A DNA stretch of 64,000 nucleotides from Candidatus Poribacteria bacterium (GTDB lineage Bacteria; Poribacteria; WGA-4E; PCPOR2b). The notes below the pieces were generated by a model. The model was not told the origin of the DNA. It did not search any database and saw nothing but the letters and a program-made list of their open reading frames with translations. Where the stretch lies: the NCBI GenBank assembly GCA_965208675.1, contig OZ242351.1, forward strand, positions 3,072,001-3,136,000, read 5' to 3'. The position numbers were made by a program, and so were the translations under genes. Below, one piece after another: positions 10,713-17,976 of the stretch. The stretch's first letter is position 1. The number at the start of each line of letters is the position of its first letter.

Positions 10713-11540
10713 ATGACTATGCAAAGAGTTAAACGATTTACCCTTGTAATGCTGCTGCTAACCCTTATCGCTTCACCCGTTTTAGAAGCCTATTATGACC
10801 CACACATCGGACGCTTTACACAGCGAGACCCCGCCGGAGACGGGGTGAACCACTATGCGTATGCGGCGAATAATCCGATGATGTTTATTGACCCGACGGG
10901 GATGTATATCGTCCTGCCGGGCGGCACCGAAATAAGAAGCGTCCCTGAACAAGTTGATGGTCGCTATGTAAAGCCCGATTTGACAGGCAATGATAGTGTG
11001 GTTTGGGATTCAATATTCACAGGGGGAATAAACGGAACAGGAATCGCTGGAAGTAATGCTGCGGGCGGTATTGTGACCGATATTATCGAAAGTAGCACGC
11101 CTGTGCATATAAGGATTACAGAAAACCTCACACCTGGGGCGGTTGCCGATGCCACACTAGATCCTAATAACGGTTCTATTAGGGTAAGAATCAATGAAGG
11201 TGCCATGCCGCCGCAACCTCAATATGAGGGACAGAGGGCTCCGTTGACGATGGCTCTGGTTCATGAATTTTCTCATGTCCATGACTTTATGAAGATACCA
11301 CAAGACTTCATATATGGTCAACCATACCATTTCAGTTATGTTACGGAGATGAAGGCTTTTGATCTTGAAGCCCGGTACGCGATAGAAATGGATAGAGCAG
11401 ATGGAAATTATAACCCCGCCGGCTGGTATAGCGGACATACCGGCTTTAACGCACACCAACTTACGAACTATGGTTCCGTGGCCTATTACGGGCGACTTAA
11501 TAGATTGGCACTTAAGGCAATGCTAGGAACTTGGCGATAA
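10713..11540 (+). CDS. Mini-RHS protein 2: signal peptide + RHS core motif + HExxH metallopeptidase-like C-terminus
   Basis: First 63 aa are 52/63 identical to mini-RHS 1 up to DPTG; then diverged, with LVHEFSHVHD and VTEMKAF. Confidence 0.85.
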   Translation: MTMQRVKRFTLVMLLLTLIASPVLEAYYDPHIGRFTQRDPAGDGVNHYAYAANNPMMFIDPTGMYIVLPGGTEIRSVPEQVDGRYVKPDLTGNDSVVWDSIFTGGINGTGIAGSNAAGGIVTDIIESSTPVHIRITENLTPGAVADATLDPNNGSIRVRINEGAMPPQPQYEGQRAPLTMALVHEFSHVHDFMKIPQDFIYGQPYHFSYVTEMKAFDLEARYAIEMDRADGNYNPAGWYSGHTGFNAHQLTNYGSVAYYGRLNRLALKAMLGTWR

Positions 11541-11557
11541 TCTACAGGGGGAAATCC

Positions 11558-12655
11558 ATGACCAAGCTCAAACGGGTTGCCCTAATCTTTCTATATTTGG
11601 TGAGCATGGCAAGCATTGTATCTCACGCTCAAGATAAGGACATCGCGTCGTTAATTCAGCAATTTAACCATAGAGATGAGGACGTAAAACAATACGCACG
11701 TAAATCCCTCATCGAAATGGGCGAAGCGGCAGTGCCTGCTTTGATTGTGGAATTAAACCACGAAAATGACAAGGTGCGCGAGAAGATTGTGGACATACTG
11801 TTTTTTATTAAGAATAGTGTTCCCGACAACAAAAACATTGTCCGTGCATTGGTTAAAGCCTTAAAAGATGATAGCGCCACAGTGCGTTCTCGGACAATGA
11901 GTGGCTTCTTGTACGATTCGGAGGAATTAGTGCCGGAAGTTATTTCGGGTTTAGTACAGGCACTCTATTATGGATCGCCCTTCTTTGGTCACTCGGATGC
12001 TTGCCATGTTTTACTCTGGGGTGGGGGTAAGAGGAATCCTCAAGGACAAACTGCCTTAATCGAGGCGTTGCATAGTAACGAATGGTCGCTTCGTTATGGT
12101 GCCGCCAGTGCTTATGGATTTATGATTAGACCGAACCGCTACGGGAAGTTAAGAGAGAAGCCTCGCCCTGAAGTAAAAAAAGCGATGTTTTCCGCGTTAG
12201 CTGAAGGATTAACCCATCCTGGTTGGAAGACACGTGAACACACGATTATTATTTTGAAAGGCCTCAGATCTGCCTTTGATGAAGCGAGACAAGCACTTGA
12301 AGCATTGCCGGCCTTCGGTATCATATCCCAAACTATAAAAGATGGACAGCCGGTTGTTGAAATGGATCCCGATGCTCTCAATTCATTGAATACTGATGGC
12401 ATTACTTTCAAGTTCACCCGTCCAATTCACGGGAATTGGACGATTACAATCCAACCCGTTGATGCCGAACCGCTGGGTTGGCATGTTGAAAAGAGTAGCC
12501 ATTCAGTAACCATAACCCCAAAAAAAGGGCAAGAATTGGTGAAAAACCATCGCTATAGAATTCAACTCAGAGATGTTAAAGACATTCTGGGGAATCAAGT
12601 CGATGCCGAAATCGAGTTCTCAACAGAAGTGCCGCTCATCAAACTCTCCCATTAG
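11558..12655 (+). CDS. Secreted HEAT-repeat + Ig-like protein, paralog of 9471..10655
   Basis: Start re-assigned to ATG 11558 (MTKLKR...); collinear with the 9471 protein (YLVSMASIV, LIEMGEAAVPAL, PEVISGLVQ.LYYGSPF, LNTDGITFKF, AEIEFSTEVP). Confidence 0.85.
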   Translation: MTKLKRVALIFLYLVSMASIVSHAQDKDIASLIQQFNHRDEDVKQYARKSLIEMGEAAVPALIVELNHENDKVREKIVDILFFIKNSVPDNKNIVRALVKALKDDSATVRSRTMSGFLYDSEELVPEVISGLVQALYYGSPFFGHSDACHVLLWGGGKRNPQGQTALIEALHSNEWSLRYGAASAYGFMIRPNRYGKLREKPRPEVKKAMFSALAEGLTHPGWKTREHTIIILKGLRSAFDEARQALEALPAFGIISQTIKDGQPVVEMDPDALNSLNTDGITFKFTRPIHGNWTITIQPVDAEPLGWHVEKSSHSVTITPKKGQELVKNHRYRIQLRDVKDILGNQVDAEIEFSTEVPLIKLSH

Positions 12656-12695
12656 AGTAAAGCCCCTAAATGTGAAGCCGTGGACACTGGCCTTG

Positions 12696-13549
12696 CTACT
12701 TGCCATACTTGAATCTCGCAATCGCCCCCGTTCTGCGAGTTCCGCACGGGCATAATGCGCCGGCATGGAAGGCGACTTCCAACGCCCCGCAGTTTGCATA
12801 TCAACGACAGTGGCGCCGGCACGGGCTAACGATACTGCCAAACCGACACGAAGCGAATGCCCACTGATAAAGCCCTCGACGCCGGCTTCGCTGGCCCAAC
12901 GCTTGATAGCGTTCCTAGCCCCCTCGGCAGATAGCCGTCCCTTGCCAAGATGTTGTTGGAATCTTACCCGCCGAAACAACGCACCTGATTCGATTCCCGC
13001 CTTTCTACAGTAATGTTTTATCACCCGGTGCGTCAATTCGCCGATGTAAAGCGCGGCGCCCTCACCCTCTTGATCGGTCTTACTCTGCCTGACTTCCAAC
13101 ACGCCGTCGTGGATGTCCTCTACATTGACCGCGACCGCCTCGGATACCCGGAGCAGACAATCGCTCATGAGGTTTATCAGGGCAGAATCACGCAGACCTG
13201 CAAGCGTCTTACTGGCTTCCGCAAATGAACATACCCGCTTGACTTCCTGCCATGTAAGCCCCTGGACTTGACCGCGGCGACGGCATGTGAAATTGTGGAC
13301 GGCGATTTGCCGGCTTCGTGAAGTGCCGTGATGTATTCCGCCAGTGCCGCATCATGGGGGCGATATAATCCTTAGCTTGTCGATATGGAACGCCTCAACC
13401 CGACCGTCGAACCACTCACTGAGATTCGCCAACGCCCGACCATACGCCTGAATCGTATTCTCGGAGACTCCAGAACGTATCAACAACCTTGTAGAATCGC
13501 TGACCGAGACCGCCTTTTTACCCTGTTCAGCTTGTGCGATCTCATTCAT
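12696..13549 (-). pseudogene. Cre-like tyrosine recombinase/integrase, disrupted
   Basis: Fragments SENTIQAYGRAL; DAALAEYITALHEAGKSPSTI; LRDSALINLMSDCLLRVSE; SKTDQEGEG; SGHSLRVG; GRWKSPSMPAHY. At least three lesions: ~13355-13395, ~13266-13277 and the C5 run at 12725-12729. The restored end reads ERGAIARFKYGK-TAG (12696-12698). Confidence 0.85.
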
Positions 13550-13940
13550 CTTTGTCCCCCTTATGTGCTTTCCCCAGGACTCTTAAATCTCCGTCCTCAT
13601 CCCTGAGAACAAGCATCCCGCCGTGTTCACCGGCGCCAAGTCCGGCCTGCAATACCCCGCGCTCGCCATAAACACTGACCCGCCCACCCTGTTCACCAGC
13701 GTGAAGGAGCGCCCCCGACTTTCTGTCCTCTTTGCCATAGACTGTGACAACGCCGCCGTGTTCACCGGCACTGAGAATCACATGCGCTTCGCCCAACATA
13801 TCCACGACCTCTAGTTCAGTACACCGTATCATGGCAAAGGTATCGCGTTGTGCCGTGCCGGACGATACCAGCAACGCCGTGATTAAACTGCCTACTATAC
13901 CGCCGATAATACCACTAATAATTTGCTTTTTCGTGTCCAC
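13542..13940 (-). CDS. Exported or membrane-anchored protein with three AGE(H/Q)GG beta-repeats
   Basis: RBS AAGGAG before a GTG start; N-terminal hydrophobic helix; repeats LSAGEHGGVV / LHAGEQGGRV / LGAGEHGGML. Confidence 0.7.
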   Translation of the reverse strand: MDTKKQIISGIIGGIVGSLITALLVSSGTAQRDTFAMIRCTELEVVDMLGEAHVILSAGEHGGVVTVYGKEDRKSGALLHAGEQGGRVSVYGERGVLQAGLGAGEHGGMLVLRDEDGDLRVLGKAHKGDKDE

Positions 13941-14053
13941 AGTGATCTCCTTTTAGGTTGGGTTAGAGATGAACATCCTTCTTACTTCTGATAAAATCAT
14001 TCAATTGACGCAACAAAAGGTTTGCATCATGACTTTCCAACCATCCCGAACCG

Positions 14054-14335
14054 CTATGACTTTTTCCTCGTATTGAATCGCGCGATAAAGTCTAGATGGT
14101 TCTGCAGTATCGTCGCTAGCATCGCGTCTTGTTTGTCTAATCGTCGATTGACATCATCTATCCTTCGATCCATCTCCGATGCCCGCTGATCCATGCGGTT
14201 CTCTAACATTCTCGCTTGTGTCAGTACCTCCGTTTTTACCCCTTTACGCAAGTTCGAGAGCGCCTTCCACGCGATACCTACTATCACGATTATCGTCCCC
14301 GCCGTATACACAACATCCATCAAATACACATTCAC
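14054..14335 (-). CDS. Small protein with one TM helix and a coiled coil
   Basis: TM segment TAGTIIVIVGIAW followed by heptad-like MDRRIDDVNRRLD; purine-rich RBS upstream. Confidence 0.65.
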   Translation of the reverse strand: MNVYLMDVVYTAGTIIVIVGIAWKALSNLRKGVKTEVLTQARMLENRMDQRASEMDRRIDDVNRRLDKQDAMLATILQNHLDFIARFNTRKKS

Positions 14336-14459
14336 TGTTTTCCCCCTTTCAATTGGTCATTCACTCGTTGGAATTTGCTCATCCTAATCTTCTTGCGCTG
14401 CCGCCCATTCCCGTGTTCATTCAAAGTCAATCTCTGTTTCCATACCGCTCAAAAGCAAG

Positions 14460-14488
14460 TTGACACGAGTTAATGCCTGTGTTAGAAT
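14460..14488 (+). promoter_or_regulatory. sigma70-type promoter with no downstream CDS
   Basis: TTGACA (14460-14465), 17 nt spacer, TAGAAT (14483-14488). Confidence 0.7.
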
Positions 14489-14494
14489 GGCGCA

Positions 14495-14790
14495 GTATTT
14501 CAACCTTTGCGCTATTTGGTATGGCATAGTACCCCCAAATACGCTGTGTGTACCTCCCTTATTGACGAAAATCACATTGATGGGAATAGACATCACTTGG
14601 GTTTGAAAATAGATTGCCCACTCAAGGGAAGGTGCTTTAGCAAATATCTTGTGTTTAAGCGTTAGGAGCTATTTGGGGGCAAATAAATTGGAGTGCGGAA
14701 GTTAAATTTCGCCGGCCCATACCCGTAAGTAATTCACCCATGGACATGAGAATCTCATCATCAGCGAAAACAAAATTTCCGCACTCCTTT
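14495..14790 (+). ncRNA. Candidate ~300-nt two-domain structured RNA of unknown family
   Basis: Long-range stems 14532-14545/14667-14679, 14550-14560/14624-14635, 14690-14703/14774-14787 and 14707-14712/14764-14769, plus nested hairpins; upstream promoter; no credible ORF. Confidence 0.6.
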
Positions 14791-14811
14791 GGTAGGGTCT
14801 GATTCTAAAGG

Positions 14812-15183
14812 TTAGTTCGTCGCTTCGGCGCTGAATCCTGCTTGTTTAACAGCGTCAGTAAGTTGTGCAACTGAGGCTTTACTTGTATCGCACTGAACTA
14901 CCGCTTTACCTTCCGCTTGAGAAACATTGACACTAATCACGCCAGGTACTTGATTAAGTGCAGACTGCACTTTGGCTACACAACCGCCTCACGTGAGTCC
15001 CGTAACCGCTAACGTGATTTCTTTAGCGGCAGCAGTCTCCATTGATGGCTCTTCAGCCGTGGCATCCGCAGCTTCACTAGTCTGCTGTGATGTTTCGGGT
15101 GCTTGTTCCATCTTCTCCGATGCACAGCCCATGACGAAAATCATCGCCGCGCAACAGAGCAGAGCCAACTGTAATAAACGCAT
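14812..15183 (-). CDS. Selenocysteine-containing heavy-metal-associated (HMA; CopZ/MerP-like) lipoprotein, 123 aa
   Basis: RBS GAGGAGG, ATG 15183, lipobox VMG-C. In-frame TGA at 14989-14991 reads ITLAVTGLT-U-GGCVAKVQSALNQVPGVISVNVSQAEGKAVVQCDTSKASVAQLTDAVKQAGFSAEATN, a complete HMA domain with the TGA at the first Cys of CxxC. Confidence 0.9.
14956..14972 (-). promoter_or_regulatory. Bacterial SECIS-like hairpin
   Basis: AAGUGCA-GUC-UGCACUU begins 16 nt 3' of the UGA; G is the first loop nucleotide. Confidence 0.7.
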
Positions 15184-15360
15184 TTTGAGTAACCTCCTCT
15201 TCAATTAAAGATTTAAGTATGTGGTTATTCTACGCCATTGAATCACATTTTGTCAATTTTAATCGGAACGAAGCGTGAAATACAAATTCAATGTAATTGC
15301 AACCCTAAGCGTTCAGGGTATAAACCCAAATACACATCGTGTCCAGCCGCGCACGCCGCT

Positions 15361-17820
15361 ATGCAACGATTTTCCCGGATTTTTGCCATATTCATTGCTC
15401 TATCCTCCTCACTTCTCAACGTAATTGCTCAGAGCGGTTCCTACGAAACAACAAACTCCCGGAAGGACGAAAACATCCATCCGCTCGCACAAGACGTTCA
15501 AATCATTCCGGCGCCTATCACAGAATTAACCAACGCACAAGCACGTTCAGCAGTGCCCCGCCAATCAAAAGATTGGAACGCGATTATCAGGTCAGTCGGC
15601 ATCCGGCCCGATGCTGAAAAGTGCCTGGATTGTCACTTCAAAGAGCGGTCTTCAACGCCGCAGCACCCCGGAAATCACCTGAATCTCCACAGCGCGGAGA
15701 TATTCGGTTGTACGCTCTGCCATGGTGGGAATTCAGCGGCGTCCGACATAAGCCAAGCACACATCTCTACCGCCGAATTACCGTTTTTTAGTGGTCGCCG
15801 CGTGGAGGCGGCGTGTGGAAAATGTCATACCGCACCAGCGGTGCCGGGCGCTCTCTCGCTCTCCGGCGGTAGGTTTGTGTTAAATAAATACGGCTGTGTG
15901 ACTTGCCACAACCTGCCCATACAAATACCCGCAGCACGGTATGCGCCTCGTCTTGATACCATTGGTAATAAAGTCACAAAATCATGGCTGAGGCAGTGGC
16001 TTGAAGATCCAACAACTTATCTTAAAGAATCAAAGATGCCAAAAGTCGAGATGTCTGAGCATGAACGTGAAGCCATCGTCGAATTTCTTCTGACCCTACG
16101 GAATGACGGACTTTTCCAAGTGATTGATGGAACAGGTGACGCCGAAAATGGCAGGAAAATCTTCGTGGCGAATGAATGCCAAGCGTGTCATGAATCGAAT
16201 GGAGTGAACGACAACCCAGGTCCCAATCTTGAACAGGTCGGAACAAAAATTAATCGCATATGGCTCACAACCTATCTCCGAAACCCCGCGGCACTCCATC
16301 CACATACAAAAATGCCGGACTACGAGTTTTCAGATCAGGAGATTTTAGATGTGAGCGAATACCTGTTGAGTCATTTTCCTGATGGCAAAACCCCAATGGA
16401 AACATTCCCTGAATACCATTCCAATCCTTCCAAAGCGAGCGAAGGATTCAAAAACTACATCAGCAACGGATGCGCTCAGTGCCACGGCATTACAAAATAT
16501 ATGGACGTGAACATCACTGAAAAACTGAAGGCGTGGGATATTGAGGAAACCATAGCGCGAATTCGTGCACATCGCGGAGTACACATCCACACCCCGCAGA
16601 TTGACATTCCCGAGTCAGACCTGGAATTGATGAAGAACCCCCTTTTGGCAATGCAACAAAACGACAAATATCAATTGCTCAGATTCAATATAGAAGGGCA
16701 ATCCCAAAAAGATATTAGTAAATTCTTGTCGAAATTCTGGCAGTTCCCCATCCCGCTTCAGGGTGAACCGCCCGAATATTATAACAATACGGTGACGCCG
16801 CTCGCCTCTGAATCCTGCGGAATGTGTCATACAAAACAGTGGGAGGATTGGAAATCCACCCGTCATGCGCTGGCGATGGGACCTGGGATTTGGGGACAGT
16901 TAGTCGACCAGACTCCCCGTTATGTTGACAGTTGCTCTCCATGCCATGCACCATTGTCCGAACAACATCAGCATTTACCAACGCCGAAAGGCGGACATGC
17001 CGTGAATCAACTGTATGATGCAAAACTACAATCTCAAGGGCTTGCTTGTGCCGCGTGTCACGTCCGATCACACCAGCGGTTTGGGCCCCCTTTTTCAGAA
17101 ACTGCAGCCGCAGCAAGCGTTTTTGGCGAAGGACACCACGGCGGTGCCGTGGCCAGCCGGGCATACGAAGACTCCGCTTTCTGCAAGTCGTGCCATCAGT
17201 TTGAGCCGAACGGGTTCAGTCTGAATGGCAAACTTCTAGAAAATACCTACAATGAGTGGCTTGAAAGCCCTCACGCCCGACAGGGAGAAACCTGCCAATC
17301 GTGCCACATGCCGAACCGCCGTCATCAGTGGCGCGGCATCCATGATCCCGAGACTGTCCGAAACGCCCTCAAATTAGGTGTCGAGGTAATGAATCAACAC
17401 AAAACAATAGAAGCCGACATTCGGTTGACAAATGCTGGAGCAGGCCACTACTTGCCAACCTACATCACGCCCGCGATATTTGTCACGGTGCGGCTACTGG
17501 ATTCAGCCGGAAATCCTGTTCCCGGCACCGACCAGGTGCGTGCAATTCAACGGCGGGCACCATTGTCGTTAAACCGGGAAATTTTTGACACACGCATCCC
17601 ACCGGGCGGGACCTGGGTGTATACCTACAACGTTTCAAAATCCAAACAGGCGAAATCCCTCGAAATCCGCATTGATGTCCATCCGGACCACTTCTATAAC
17701 GGTTTTTTTAAGATATTCCGCGCCAAAACCCAGGAGGCACAACAACACATTTTCAAGGCGCTTGAAACTACTGAAAACAGCCCATACCGATTGCTGACCG
17801 AGCACATTCCATTGGAATAA
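15361..17820 (+). CDS. Exported multiheme cytochrome c (11 CxxCH motifs)
   Basis: CLDCH, CTLCH, CGKCH, CVTCH, CQACH, CAQCH, CGMCH, CSPCH, CAACH, CKSCH, CQSCH; signal peptide from ATG 15361 (start inferred). Confidence 0.9.
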   Translation: MQRFSRIFAIFIALSSSLLNVIAQSGSYETTNSRKDENIHPLAQDVQIIPAPITELTNAQARSAVPRQSKDWNAIIRSVGIRPDAEKCLDCHFKERSSTPQHPGNHLNLHSAEIFGCTLCHGGNSAASDISQAHISTAELPFFSGRRVEAACGKCHTAPAVPGALSLSGGRFVLNKYGCVTCHNLPIQIPAARYAPRLDTIGNKVTKSWLRQWLEDPTTYLKESKMPKVEMSEHEREAIVEFLLTLRNDGLFQVIDGTGDAENGRKIFVANECQACHESNGVNDNPGPNLEQVGTKINRIWLTTYLRNPAALHPHTKMPDYEFSDQEILDVSEYLLSHFPDGKTPMETFPEYHSNPSKASEGFKNYISNGCAQCHGITKYMDVNITEKLKAWDIEETIARIRAHRGVHIHTPQIDIPESDLELMKNPLLAMQQNDKYQLLRFNIEGQSQKDISKFLSKFWQFPIPLQGEPPEYYNNTVTPLASESCGMCHTKQWEDWKSTRHALAMGPGIWGQLVDQTPRYVDSCSPCHAPLSEQHQHLPTPKGGHAVNQLYDAKLQSQGLACAACHVRSHQRFGPPFSETAAAASVFGEGHHGGAVASRAYEDSAFCKSCHQFEPNGFSLNGKLLENTYNEWLESPHARQGETCQSCHMPNRRHQWRGIHDPETVRNALKLGVEVMNQHKTIEADIRLTNAGAGHYLPTYITPAIFVTVRLLDSAGNPVPGTDQVRAIQRRAPLSLNREIFDTRIPPGGTWVYTYNVSKSKQAKSLEIRIDVHPDHFYNGFFKIFRAKTQEAQQHIFKALETTENSPYRLLTEHIPLE

Positions 17821-17976
17821 TGCAATCGCGTACGGCGGAGATAAAGTAAACGTAGGCAGTTGATGCGAAAGTAGACACACGGTTTTACCATATTCCTTAG
17901 CCGATGTCGCCCCACCCATCTTTTGATTCATCAAACGGGTACAATTGTTTAAGCGGCAGAAAGGAGGGAGACTTCA

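Noticed and set aside
6987-11540. Degraded fragments of full-length RHS genes
   Set aside because: Both have their own RBS and a conserved signal peptide fused precisely to the core, and no YD-repeat remnants lie upstream.
12620-12695. C-terminal extension of the recombinase ORF overlapping the HEAT gene
   Set aside because: An artefact of the frameshift at 12725-12729; the restored stop is at 12696-12698.
14575-14635. Cobalamin riboswitch (GGGAA, GCCCACT..GGGAAGG)
   Set aside because: Motif order is incomplete and there is no downstream gene on that strand; kept as an unknown RNA instead.
14989-15204. 71-aa ORF as a complete gene
   Set aside because: It is the N-terminal part of the UGA-recoded HMA protein.
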